A DNA stretch of 64,000 nt from Octopus sinensis (GCF_006345805.1 NC_043006.1:7254001-7318000); one strand, 5' to 3'. Counted from the stretch's first letter, positions 40,701-54,711 are shown. Made by a program: numbers and translations. The notes: generated from the sequence alone by a model not told the origin.

Positions 40701-41523
40701 GTGTTTACCATATCTAATCGTTAGCAACCATTAAAAGCCACATTCCAAGTTGTTTAATTCTAATTATTAACATTATATCTGCATTATCTCAAATTACTTT
40801 CTATAATATTTGAATAGAAATAAATTAGTATTTTAAAGTAATGCTCCACGTGAGTAAACGAATGCCGATTCACAATAAATGTGTATTGTAAACACGAATA
40901 GGCAAATACATTAAAAGGTTTGTGTTTAATTTTATTTCTCAGATTCATATTCAATTTCATCATTTATGTTTGTTCTGGTTCCAAGTGGCACCCTGGTGTG
41001 CCATATCTTTATCGTTCCTCAATATTTCGTAGCATATATCTCCACTTTAGGGTGAAAACATTTATTCTTGTTTTTATTTCTCCAGGCTTATTACTTAGTA
41101 TCCATTGATTCGAGAATATGACGTTCATACAAATCTGTATTCTGGAGTTATTCTAAGAAATTAGTAATTTTGAGAACAGTAAAGGGAATTAGTAGTATTG
41201 GGAAGAGTAATTTCAAAACTATAAAGAGATTTTAGATAAATATTGTCTCATTTGTTTACACACTTACGTAGGAACTTACTTATGCATAAAGAAAAGAAAG
41301 GTGTTTTAAATAGTTTTGGTTGGAATTCCAGCGCAGGTTTTATGACAAGACAGAAATTAGCACACTTAATCTATTAATAAGCAGTCTCTGAAAGCGTTTA
41401 TTGTAAATTACAAATGTTTTTTTTTTATATTCTTCTATATTCTTTTATATGTTTCAGTCATACTAGGGCACCGCCATACATATACACACACAAACACACA
41501 TATATATACATATATACACACGT

Positions 41524-41590
<67 letters not shown>

Positions 41591-42559
41591 CGCACTTGCA
41601 CGTATACAGCAAAAATTCTGTATCATTACATTTAGCGTGGATTTATACTGTTTGGTATTAATACGCAACTTTGTATGTAGAACAATTGTACATTATATAA
41701 CATTCGATTATTTGTTTACAATTTCCTTCGCAATATATGCCGCAGAGAGAATGTATGTGCATCAAATATTGGTAAAAACAACAGAAGCTCAAATCAATTA
41801 AATGTAAACAATATTTTCTCTTTACATCTATGCTAAAACGTTTTCTTTCAAAGCTTACTGTTTCATATAAATTACTGTTATATGAATGGAATTTAGGAAA
41901 ACGAGTTTTTACGTGAAATCATCAACATTGTTATATAAAAGTTATTTGAGAAGATCCTGTACACTTTGTTGAGGATTAGCTTTACTGATTTCTTCACTGC
42001 AACACTGTGGGAACCAATTGCTTTAGAGATAATATTTGCCATGATTATTGGGATTTAGGCTGAGATAAGACTAGCCAAATTTCAGCCAGCTTGCTATTAT
42101 ATGGGAATCCTTTCATGGCTCAGTCGATAATTTTGGTAACATGTGAGTGAATTTGCATGGAATCCTATGAAGAACATAACATATAGAATATATAATAGGT
42201 CAGAAAATGAATAAATGTTTGTTCGAGTTATGTTGTAAATGCGACAAATGAAAAACCGAATGATGAATAGGTCCTACTTTTATGCAGACTTTAGATCTTT
42301 GTTTCAATGGTACTTGAAGTCTGATATCTATGTATTTTCATCGTAGTAATAAATTCATTAATATATCAGATACGGGAAGATAAAGTTACGCAAAATTATA
42401 GTACTTGTAACTGTTTCGGAAGGAAATATTGCGACAAGAAATATTTCACCTTATTGTTCCTCGACATTGATTGTATAATTCTTTCTAAAATAGCCAAAAT
42501 GCCTGAAATTTCTTTTTGATTCATGTGATCGAGTAAAAATGCGTGTCCATTACATAGAT

Positions 42560-42700
42560 CCTGCGCTCGACTGGTACTCATTTTATCGACCCCAAAATGA
42601 TAAATGGCAAAGTCGAACTCGGCGGCATTTGCACTGACAACCTAAAGCAGAACTTATTGGGCGTTTTTGCCATTTTACTGATTCGACCATGATAATCTAA
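42560..42700 (-). mobile_element. Degenerate SINE group C fragment
   Basis: ctggtactcattttatcgacccc...ggcaaagtcgaactcggcgg. Confidence 0.7.
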
Positions 42701-42947
42701 TAGGTAAGTTATTGCCAGAAGAAACAAAGTTATTTTTCCAGACATAATAAACATTATTAACAAATGCGCTGTAATCTCATAAATCCAAGCGTCATTCAGA
42801 GAAAGTACAATTAATGATACAGTTAATGATATTCAAATAGTACTAGAGAAAGAATAAAGAAGCCTCTGCTAGAGCACCCAACCCTATTAGAAAAGTAGTC
42901 AAATTTTCCTCCGTTATATAGAAAAAGTGGATTGATACATTTGATAC

Positions 42948-43175
42948 CTATTTCTTTACTACCCACAAGGGGCTAAACACAGAGAGGACAAACAAGTACA
43001 GACAAACGGATTAATGTGATTATATCGACCCGAGTGCGTAACTGGTATTTAATCGATCCCGAAAGGATGAAAAGCAAAGTCGGCCTCGGCGGAATTTGAA
43101 CTCAGAACGTAACGGCAGACGAAATACCGCTAAGCATCTCGCCCGGCGTGCTAACGTTTCTGCCAGCTCGCCGCC
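42948..43175 (-). mobile_element. SINE group C monomer (228 bp) with 15-bp TSD
   Basis: TSD tgatacatttgatac at 42933-42947 and 43176-43190. Confidence 0.95.
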
Positions 43176-44591
43176 TGATACATTTGATACTGATGTTCTG
43201 AATGCATTACACATGGAGAAATAGGTGGGGATAGCCATGGATGGCACAAATTTGACAGCACACCTGCTCAATCACAGTGGCCATTAGATTATGCAACGGA
43301 AAAGATAGCGGATGTGATTAACAAATAACATAAATCTTAAAATTTGGAGATAAGCACGAAATTAAATATTGGCTGTGGAATTTGTGCCTGTAAAGAAACG
43401 TTGAAATCAAACTAATATATCAAAACTAGTGAAATGAAAGCCACGGTGAATGACGAGTTGCAGGCCAGAGACTACGCTTCATATTGCTTGATCATTAATG
43501 ACGCAATGAATTAACTCTTATTGATTATGCGGGAATATGAATAACAAATCGTCCATATACTATTCAACCAGCCTAGAGCTATAAAACTAGATTGCATCCA
43601 CGTTCCTAACCGTTCCTCACAGTAAATACAATGTAAAGATAATTACAATTTATAATGGAAAGATAATAATGGATAATATAGGTTAAAGACTTCATTCTCA
43701 TGAGTTGGCTGTATTGATGTTGCTTTCTACAACCGGTGCATTGAATATGGAGTTATAAATCTACAAGTAAACGATTATAAATGTATAAAGGTCACAGCGA
43801 AATGACATTCAACGTTTGCCTTTTCTTTAAATAAGAATTTTAACTTAGAATTCCCTCTACTTGATCATTAATAAAAAAAAAAAAAAATCCTTACCGAAGA
43901 AGAGACAACAAGTTTCAAATCAAAGGTATATGTAAAATATCAAAACTATCGGCATGCCGACATTGACGCCCATAAGAACCATATGGCGTAGAGAAATAAA
44001 ATAAGAGTAACGTTAACCGATGAGTCATTCATAAATAGATAACTAGATTGATAATAAATGTGTGAGTTTGTATCCGTAGATCTCCCCCACCACACACACA
44101 CACAAAATGAAAAACTCTAAAAGGAAATAACATGGACAAAATTTGCACTTAGTACATATATGACAATTCTATCATTGGCTACCATTTCTACAGAGCAGTG
44201 GAGTGCATAGAAAGAGATCACGAGAGAAATTATTATAGTAATATAAAGGAAATTATCAACGGGGCGGGGAGAGTTCTTCCCAACGAGTAGCACAGACGAC
44301 ACATCAGCTCAATAATAACAAATCATAAACATTTAGGCTCAAAACATCCACAAATGTATCACTTAAATTATAAAAGCATCACCTCAGCTACAAAACACAG
44401 ATTTTATTTGACACAAAATATCCAGAGTAGAGAAATGAAGTATTGTGATATTATTAATATCAATTTTTTGCGGATATCATTCTATTGTTTCTTCCACTGT
44501 GATAACATAGAAATAATTAGTACCAATAGAAATAATTAGTACCAAATAGCAGAGATAACTGGCGTTGCCGGGGATTAAAGTGGCATAGTTT

Positions 44592-44961
44592 TTTATCGTT
44601 TTACTTGTTTCAGGCACGTGACTGCCGCCATGTTCGAGCACCGTCTTTCGTTGAACAAATCGACCCCAGGATTTATTCTTTGTAAGCCTCGTAATTTCTC
44701 TATCAGTGTCTAAGTTATGGGAACGTAAACACGGCAACATTGGTTGTCAATCAATGGTAGAGGTACAAACACAGACATGCACACAAATATGTACATATAT
44801 ATGAGAGCCTTCTTTCAGTTTCCGTGTACGAAATCCACTCATATGGGTTTGGTTGGACCAAGGCTATAGTAGTAAACACTTGACCAAGGCGCCACGCAGT
44901 AGGAATGAACCCGGAACCATGTGGTTGGGAAGCAAGCTTCTTAGCACACACCCATGCCGCG

Positions 44962-44964
<3 letters not shown>
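44592..44964 (-). mobile_element. SINE group B, diverged
   Basis: Head, core and tail are recognisable. Confidence 0.88.
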
Positions 44965-45009
<45 letters not shown>

Positions 45010-45389
45010 CATACATAGTGAAACTAGTAGAAATGAAACTATTAGAAGTGAAACTATTAATGTATATACAAACCATACATAATGAATCAAATGCTAATGA
45101 AATTATTGAAAGTGAAACCGTATAATAGTGAAACTATTGTATCACATTACAATAGATATGTTATTGTTTCACTTTTGACGGTAATACCGAAACAGTCTAA
45201 GAGATTGCTCCAAGCTCTCATTAGGCAAGAAGTTGAAACTTTGTTCGGCCCATGACACTCCATGGACCTTAAGTAAGGCAGGATTAAAATTTGAATGAAA
45301 TCAGTTGGGTAGTTCTCGAGTTTTAGTGATACACACATACAGAGAGAGAGAGAGAGACGGATACACATTCTCAGTTTTATATATACAGA
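45010..45389 (-). mobile_element. Non-autonomous Helitron-like 5' portion
   Basis: Minus strand begins a|TCTGTATATATAAAACTGAGAATG, then (TC)n, and ends in imperfect repeats of about 15 bp (gtgaaactat). No 3' hairpin seen. Confidence 0.55.
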
Positions 45390-46546
45390 TAATAACATTT
45401 CAAAACCAAGCCTTCAAAAGCAAAGCAGCATGACATAGCATACACGAAACGTATGTGGTTGCATAACTTAACCTTATTACCCACAGGCTGTTGTTGTGCA
45501 TTCTTCCTTACAGTGACTCTTATATTAACCCTCTCACCCTAACTTTTGACTGAAATATAGTACACACTTGAAATTTCAGATGGTGGTAAGCCAATGGAAG
45601 CTCTTTAGTTTTTGTACTTAATTCGTCGCTGTGATTTCATTACTTGCTATGTCAGCATTTCTAGGATACCTGCGAACCTTCGGAAAATACCAAACCTTAA
45701 TTGTGGATTTGCTATTCTCTCTATTTGTGCCCTTAAATTAGCCAAAGAATGTTGCATGTCACTTGAAATATGCATTATAATAATGTTAAATATAACTAGT
45801 ATCACATATCCCACGAGTAAAAAGAAATCACACCTAAAGCAATATCCATACCAACATGCAATATTTGAGAGGTTTCGAATGTGATGACAGACACGAAAAA
45901 TTCAAAGAACGGATGCTTAAGCATATAAAAACTTCAACAAAGGGGCCAAATGTATTAAAACTGAAAGTCGCGAACCCTCAGCATCACAACTTTTGCCGTT
46001 TTGAAAATATTTGAAAACAACACACGGTGCTGGCGGTGGATAGTGTTAAAATTGTGTCTTGCAGAGAACAGAATAGCTTTTATAAAAGCCACAAGACAAT
46101 TAAAAATGAGGGAACTGACTCTACACGAATGTAGTACTTTATACCCAAGGTTCAAAAATAGCAAAATAAGAAAAAATAGAATAATAGTATATGGATAGTA
46201 TCGAGAATTAAATAGAGGTTCATCCAATTAATAACTATTAATTACAAATAGTATCGCAGGATAAACAGAGGTATTTTAAAGGAATATACATCCGGACAAA
46301 CATACATTATGACAGAACATATCAACAAAAAGCATTCCCAAGCAAAGAATACACAAGCAAATCTGAAGAATAATACAACCAGGAGCTCCAACAAATACTT
46401 TACAACCAAGTATCGACATAAGATGACCTTAATTTTCTTGTTATTTATGGCTTTAGTGAAGGAAACTGCGTTCGATCTGAAGAGAAGTCACTCCTTGCCA
46501 AAACATGTGAAAGATATATATATATATATATATATCATATAATTAA

Positions 46547-46782
46547 GGGCTAAAGAGGGTTATTCTAAAGCCAATACACTGATTTATCCACTTATAATCC
46601 ACTTGTTACAGGAAAATTGAACTGAAAGCGGGCAACTAACCTTTAGAAAATTTAAATTTCGTTATCTCTATATTTAAATTTTCTATGGGTTAGTTGCCCG
46701 CTTTCAGTTCAATTTTCCTGTAACAAGTGGATTATAAGTGGATAAATCAGTGTATTGGCTTTAGAATAACCTTCTTTAGCCC
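46547..46782. mobile_element. Palindromic MITE-like element flanked by TTAA
   Basis: 111-bp arms with 3 mismatches and a 14-nt loop; TTAA|GGG...CCC|TTAA. Confidence 0.75.
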
Positions 46783-47199
46783 TTAATTATAAGATGTTTA
46801 TACTTCAACCGTAAAGGTTTTTTTAAAATACTGCCACGCTTTTTGAGGGAATCCTTTTCTGTAGAGAAAGGGACGTCATTCTATATTGTTAGTATATATA
46901 TATATATATATATCTTCTATACAAGGTTTTGGAGAAGAGAAAGAGTGGGAACGTATTATAAAGTGTACATTAATGATAAAAGCTGTTCTAGGTATAGACA
47001 AATTAATTTCTTAAAGATCCTAAGTTAGATTTAATTCTAATCAACAGGGTTATAAGATACAAATACACCTGAAGTTCTGTGCGTAAATTCAGAACATTAA
47101 TATTGGTAGGCTAGAAACCTACTTACTGCATTACTATAAGCAAGTAAGACATGTGAGCAGAGGTACAGAGAGAGGGAGTTGATATAAATAGAGTCTAGA

Positions 47200-48300
47200 G
47201 AAATTAAGTCATTCGGTATAAAATGATTAATATAAGGACAACCTACTATATATGCACGAGTATAGGGTATTAACACGTTGCCTACAGGGAGGATATTCAT
47301 TAAATGGGGGTATTTGTTTAGATAAGAGTAAAATTCCCTACAAAAATTAAATGATATAGATAAAATGTAGAATTACATTTTATAAATCTCTGAGAACTAC
47401 TAAAGGAATAAAAGAAAAAAAAATAGTCATGCCAGACAATTAATTGCATTGACCAGTTATGGCTATTTTTCTGAGACAGGATAGATGAAATGTGACCTGA
47501 ATATGAAAGCCAACTTTTATTTAAGATCACAGTACTACGGGCACAAATCGAATGTCTGGTTTTAGCTAAACACAGCCAGTGCATGTTTAAACACAAACTA
47601 GTAAAATAATGTAATTAATGAAAGATCTGTTGCGAATCGAGATAAATCAACAATAGTCGGCCTTAATTTTTGAGAGTCCAGTCCATGCAGAAACCGAATC
47701 GCTTTTGATCACAGCAAAAGATCAAAGCAATCGGTTTGAAACTACAAAATAAATTCACAGAAACGAACTATAAAGAACAGCTGCAGAATCACGAGGTCTT
47801 TAAATTACAAATATACTACATTAGTTCTGAGCAAAGTCAATATGAGAAGAAGTGATATAATTGAGTTGGCGGTGTTGCGTAGAGGAAATACTGGAGACAG
47901 ATGCATATGTTAGTTTTATCGAATACCAAGTGAAAAGAGGTACAACAATTATATACTAGGAATGAAAATGACAAAGTAACTAAATTCTGGAATGCTCAGG
48001 AAATATCTATAATCAATCTCAATTGAAGAAACTTACTTATAGAAAGAAATGCGCTGAACACATATAGGAGAGTTCGATATTAAATGGGTAGAAAAAAATT
48101 GTTCTCATTCTCGATCTCCCCATCTGAAAACAGACGGTAACTTTCTTCCAACCACCCGAAGTTCAATGCTGAAAGTATCTCAGTAAAACAAATTGAGTGA
48201 TACATGTTAAAACTTCCTGTCCGCATGAGTAGCAGATATTACCCTCAGCAACCTTTGCTAATGCTGTACTAAATCACTGTTTCATCCATTCCTTGTAAGC
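47200..48300 (+). mobile_element. Highly degenerate R4/Dong-like (restriction-like endonuclease) LINE fragment
   Basis: AETESLLITAKDQ (47687-47725; compare xETExxIxAAQDQ) and ENDKVTKFWN (about 47964; compare ENxxxKILWD). Many stops; boundaries approximate. Confidence 0.45.
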
Positions 48301-50442
48301 AACCCATATTCTAAATAACGCGTAGGAGCTCCAGTGATTGTATCCTCTCTATATATATGTTATGCGCCTTTCTTTTCTATAATGAATTAGCCAAACATTC
48401 GAGTAAATGACAATAAAATAGTTAGCTTCTTCGACGAATCACTGAAATTTTACAAGCGGGCTGATTATTCGTAATGATATCTGACTCCTTTTTGCAGCTG
48501 TGATCAATAGACTCGAGTGCTGTTTATTGAAGGCATTTACTTCCTTCTGAAAGACTAAATGCATGATTTTTGCATTCATTGAAACTGAACTCTCATACAT
48601 AATCAAACCTACGACAATTATTCTGTCTCTTTCATCATTCTCACACGACTAATTATTGATTACTATTCGCTAATCATGACACTTTTTCAATTAAAACAGA
48701 AACAGGAACTTAACTTAATTTGAAATCAAGAAATAAAAAGAAGAAATGGTAATTAGCAATGTGACCTTTCGTTTCTGCTAACTTCTACACCGTAAATCCA
48801 TAAATAGTTTGCTTTTATTGACGTGGCACTTAGTATTGCCACCTTCTGAACTGCATTAAGTAAACGAAACAGCTTCCATCAAGTATTGAAACCATAGTTC
48901 TGTCTCAGATAATATTTTCCTTTTATCTACTTTACTTTTGTTATTTGTAAAAACTTGTAGCGTTTTTTTTTCTTATAAACGTTACTTAGTATGAAAGAGA
49001 ATAGATTAAGAAATAAATTTGGTACTTAGAAACCTAAAGAAATTCTCTCAGATAAATTTTGTATAGCAGGAGCAAATATTCTTTAGGTTATCTGTAGTCG
49101 ATAAATAAATTTCTCCCTCTAATGATGAACAAAGATAATAATGTATTAACTATTAGAGATCCCACCTGGAAAGACGTCTTAAATATCCCACAGCAGAATT
49201 GGACGCGGTGAAACCAAAGTTTTACATGAAAAATCATTAAAAGATCAGAGGCATTGATAATGAACTTTTATCTTTAATCTATCCGTTAAAGACAGTATTT
49301 GAGAGAAAATTGTGGTTTCCTTTCATCTTAGACTGATATAACTTGGCTTCGCTTTCACACCTCGAGGAGAGAGACAACCACTGAGAAACGATGTACACTA
49401 TCATATGGTATTATTCACAATAGTAAAATCTTATCAGATGGAAGAAGTCTTACTGTCGTTTAGTATCACAAGAAGAAAAAGCCTACGCGCTGGGAAATAC
49501 TTTTTCTTGTGTCACACATTCACGACTTATAATGGACCAGTGTTCGTCAAATATTGAATTCAATCAGTATTAAATTACTTTAACTGTGCTCTAATTCACA
49601 ATTCTTTAATCATTGGTCTATACACTTTAATTATTTTACTCACGTTCAATGGAACATTTTATGGTGCATCATTGAACGTTTCCTATGACATTGGTTCTAT
49701 TACTGACAAGATGGATATAGATGTTTGAGGTTGAAAGGGATGATTCACTGGGAACTTTTGCTTTTATTATGAGTTACTTTTAAGATTTCTTTCTCATTTC
49801 ACGATATAACACTTTCCCCCCACAAAAGAATGGTAAGGGTTTATTTTTACATGATCAATGATTTATAAGCATTGGATTACTAGGGAAATAAAATCAAATT
49901 GATTAATTCGCATCGTGGCAACTACAGTTAGCCCATGAGATGAGACCCGGCTCCAGCGTGGCTGATTCTAAGGTTTGAGTCACTTACTATGATTTTATTA
50001 AAAGAAATGACGCTGCCCAGATAGGAAAAATTATTTACGTCACACAAAATTGGTCATTAATAATTTATATACACACACAAACACTCAGGGACAAATATGT
50101 ATGCGTATATATGTATGCGTACGTGTGTATGAGTACGTGTTTCCCGCCGCGGACCTTCTCCACTTCTCTAAAAATAGAGGAGGTCAGTGAAGAAGAATTT
50201 TCCATGGGGAAGAATCCTCTCTGCTCATCAGTATATGTCAGCTTCTATCAATCTCTATTCCGTTAAACCTCCTTGCTTACACGTGATAATCACGACGGGG
50301 ATATATAAAGTGCATGCAAGAAACATGAGATTGTATTCTTAGGTTTTAATACCAATGCAATGTTTAAAACTGTTGTGGAGAGGCGTGAAAGGACAATGTT
50401 TCAAAACATCATTAAAGTTTCCTACGTTTCATAGAACACACA

Positions 50443-50485
<43 letters not shown>

Positions 50486-50486
50486 T

Positions 50487-50549
<63 letters not shown>

Positions 50550-50622
50550 CATATACATTTATACGTGTGTATGTCTAAGTGCGTGCCAGTTTGTGCGTAT
50601 GAAAGCTTTGCTTGCTGTTTGA

Positions 50623-50715
<93 letters not shown>

Positions 50716-50739
50716 TGCGTATGTCTGCGTGTGTACCGT

Positions 50740-50935
50740 TGGCGTTCCCCCCTCCCGTTTTCCCTTCCTTGGTTCTTTCCTTTTCCTATGTTTCTGACGA
50801 AGAGCTCCGCTCGAAACATTAAGTCTTCCTTCTTTCTTTCCTTTCCTGAGCGTTCAATAACACTATACATGTTCCACATCCTCGTGCTGTTGTGTTTCCT
50901 CTTTGTGTTTTTATGCTTGGATTAACTATATATGT
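50740..50935 (+). mobile_element. Short Penelope-type repeat with a hammerhead-like core
   Basis: tttCTGACGAagagctccgctcGAAAcatt...ttcctgagcgtt; ends at (TA)n. Confidence 0.6.
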
Positions 50936-51320
50936 ATATATATATACATATATATATACATCTTTTATCTTTTACCCCAATTAGCGTTTCACTTACCAAA
51001 CTGCAGCTATACTATGCCACCACCTTCAAGAAATTTAGTCGGGCAGATCGCCCCCAATGCTGATTTGAATATATATATCGCCAGAAGAAATGAATCAATG
51101 ACGATGATCTACCCGATGCCCACGGATACTAGAGACTACCCTGTGATCATCCCAGCAATACGGACTGTGATCTTAAAAGACATCATTTGTAGAAACGCGC
51201 GCATTGATAGATTAGAATATCTATAAATTCTGTCCAGGGATTCTTGTTATTATTACTATATTTATCCTACATCATAAAGGTACAGCACAATGCAACGTAA
51301 AAAAATTGTTTCACCAGTCA

Positions 51321-51364
51321 GCATCATTAGACTGTAACCGGCATAATCAAATTGGATCTTTATT

Positions 51365-51412
<48 letters not shown>

Positions 51413-51455
51413 AATAAAGCGCCAATTCTATTATGCCGGTTACAGTCTAATGATG

Positions 51456-51456
<1 letters not shown>
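51321..51456. repeat. 136-bp palindrome centred on (AT)21
   Basis: 47-bp arms with 4 mismatches around 51368-51409. Confidence 0.9.
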
Positions 51457-51504
<48 letters not shown>

Positions 51505-51509
51505 TATAT

Positions 51510-51700
51510 ATAGGGAGAGTTTAGGAATAAAACAAAATACGAAGACAGGTGGTGTACAGAACAAACAGATGTATTAGTATAACGCTCAGGAATAGAAAAA
51601 GACTTTTACGTTTCGAGCCTACGCTCTTCTACAGAAAGGGACACAGAAAAAACAAGGGGAGAAACAAGGAGAGAAAAAATGTGGGTAGTTGCTCATGCAA
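51510..51700 (-). mobile_element. Short Penelope-type repeat with a hammerhead-like core
   Basis: Minus strand ctttCTGTAGAagagcgtaggctcGAAAcgtaaaag...ttcctgagcgtt; ends at (TA)n. Confidence 0.6.
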
Positions 51701-51834
51701 CGGGTTTCTGTTAGTTACTGAGAGTCGAGACCACTCACAAGGGGTGGACGGAGATCATAGCAGAAGATATTTCCTCCTCATGTTGCCTTAACACACAGTG
51801 AGACGTATACGAGTGTGTACGTAAGTGTGTGTAC

Positions 51835-51877
<43 letters not shown>

Positions 51878-52695
51878 TTGGTGTGTTTAGTTTATCTTTG
51901 AATGTAAAGTTTGAAGGGTAACGGCGGGATCAAGCAAAAGAAATGTTAAACCACAGTAACACTTGTGCCGATCCCTACCTCGATATACTTAAGACGATCC
52001 TACATTAGCGTTGAGCAACAGACATGTGAATAGGCAAATTTAGTTCTATATGGAAGATTTCTTAAAGATAGTTAAATAACAGTATTAAAAAAAAAATTGT
52101 GCATCCTTATAAAATGGTCTACATCGATATTCGGGAGATAACATTAACGCAGAACCTATAAGTCACTATAAATTCACCTGAAACTTATGAGCCAAAACAA
52201 AATTCTGATAATATAATATATCAGACGTCATAAGTTAACGCTGAAACTGTCGATTGACCATAGAAGAAGCCATTGGGGAACAATGTAAAATCAATATGGA
52301 TAAAGAGAAATATTAGACGGCAAAAGCGCTTTTATGTACAGATATATGACCTGAATGTTGGCAAGAATATGGAATATAGCATGTGTTAAGTTGCAGTACA
52401 TAAAAAAAAATATTTGACATGAATGAGAGATGCTTGATCATAATACAAGATAATAAACAACGACTTACGTATATAGGAGTATGTGCACATGTGTGTATAT
52501 ATATATATATATGTATATATGGGTGTATACATACATATATGTTTGTATATGTATATATGTATATATGCGTATGTATATATATATACATATATATATATAC
52601 GTAAATATACATGTGTATATATATATATATGTATATATGAATGTGTATATATATACATATATATATATATATGAATGTGTATATATATGAATGCG

Positions 52696-52727
<32 letters not shown>

Positions 52728-52741
52728 TGTATGTATGTATG

Positions 52742-52978
52742 TACTCTTTACTCTCTTTACTCTTTTACTTGTTTCAGTCATTTGATGCGGCCATGCTGGA
52801 GCACCACCTTTAGTCGAACAAATCGACCCCAGGTCTTATTCATTGCAAGCCTAATACTTATGCTATTGTTCCCTTTTGCCGAACCGCTAAGATACGGGGA
52901 CGTAAGCACACCACCATCTGTTGTCAAGCGATGTTGTGGGGGCACAAACACTGGCACACAAACATACACACACACACA

Positions 52979-53029
<51 letters not shown>

Positions 53030-53188
53030 GGGCTTCTTTCAGTTTCCGTCTACCAAATCCACTCACAAGGCTTTGGTCGTCCAGAGGCTATAGTAGAAGA
53101 CACCTGCCCAAGGTGCCACGCAGTGGGAATGAACCCGGAACAATGTGGTTCGCTAGCAAGCTACTTACCACACAGCCACTCTTGCGAC
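52742..53188 (-). mobile_element. SINE group B with a long internal (TA)n
   Basis: Full head to tail. Confidence 0.93.
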
Positions 53189-53444
53189 TATGTATGTACC
53201 TATGTATCTACGTATGTATTCATACAACTGTAAAGATATACACATATGCCCAAGATATATATGTTTTAAGCACGCTCTTATATGCACTCGCTTGCGGAAG
53301 TGTATATGTGTGTGTAACTTTGTGTGAGTGTGCGTGAAAGAAAGGGAGTGTGTGTGTGTGCGGGGTTTATTCTTCCATCACTATATTTGCAACTATTCCT
53401 TCCGGTTGAAGTTAAAAGTGTGCTAGAGGAAGTACATCATATTG

Positions 53445-53876
53445 TATGCATGCATGCATGTATGTATGTATGCATGCATGTATGTATGTATGTATGTATG
53501 TATGTATGTATGTATGTATGTATGTATGTATGTATGTATGCATGTATGTATGCATGTATACATGTATGCATGTATGTATGTATATTTGTATGGGTGTTTG
53601 TATGTATGCCTGTATGCATGCATGTATGTTTGTGTGTAGATAATTTCCATTGTCAAATAAAATGTGACATACATAACTAGCTATTCACAAACACAGACAC
53701 ACTCGCACACACACACTCACACATTATAATCTCCCCACACACACACTCACTCTCACACACACAAGCACGTACATATGCATCTAAATTCATATTATGAATA
53801 TATGCATACATATATGTGTGTATGTATATGCGTGTGTAATATATGCATGTATATATACATATATACATATAGGTGT

Positions 53877-53943
<67 letters not shown>

Positions 53944-54285
53944 CATATATATACATGCATATAAATACACATGCAGGGACATACATATATGCACCCAGAC
54001 ATACATGCTTGCATACAGATATACATGCGTATATACATACATACATGCATTCATGCGTACATACACACGCACAGACACACATTAATTCATACATACATAC
54101 ATAAATAGACACATACCTACATACATACATACATACATACATACATACATACATTCATACATACATGCATACATACATTCATACATAAATAGACACACAC
54201 CTACATACATACATACATACATACATACATACATACATACATACATACATAATACATACATATATACATGTATACATACATAGAC
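53445..54285. repeat. (TATG)n/(CA)n/(TA)n/(TACA)n microsatellite tract
   Basis: Direct reading. Confidence 0.9.
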
Positions 54286-54537
54286 TTTAGATTAACCGCC
54301 ATAGTGTTTGTTGTGATATTACATACGTACATGTAGAAATATTCTACAATATTGTTTTCATGTAACACAATGGAATGCGGAGAGACTGATTGAATACGGC
54401 ATCAATGGAGATGTAGCAGCGTCGTATATTCCTATAAAGGAACTGCACGTCTGTATTGAATCGTATTGGAAATAGGTCAGTCTAAAACAACATGCAATAT
54501 CCTGTTCTCAAGAGAAATCATAATTCATAAGAAATGG

Positions 54538-54584
54538 ATTATTATTATTATTATTATTATTATATTATTATTATTATTATTATT

Positions 54585-54632
<48 letters not shown>

Positions 54633-54660
54633 ATTATCATCATCATCATTATTATTATTA

Positions 54661-54711
<51 letters not shown>

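Noticed and set aside
51080-51230. LPCDHPSNTDCDLKRH zinc-finger-like peptide
   Set aside because: Cys/His spacing is wrong and stops flank it.
54330-54480. About 50 open codons (..TQWNAERLIEYGINGDVAASY..) ending near AG|GTCAGT
   Set aside because: No recognisable homology, a stop immediately before the donor, and no convincing acceptor.
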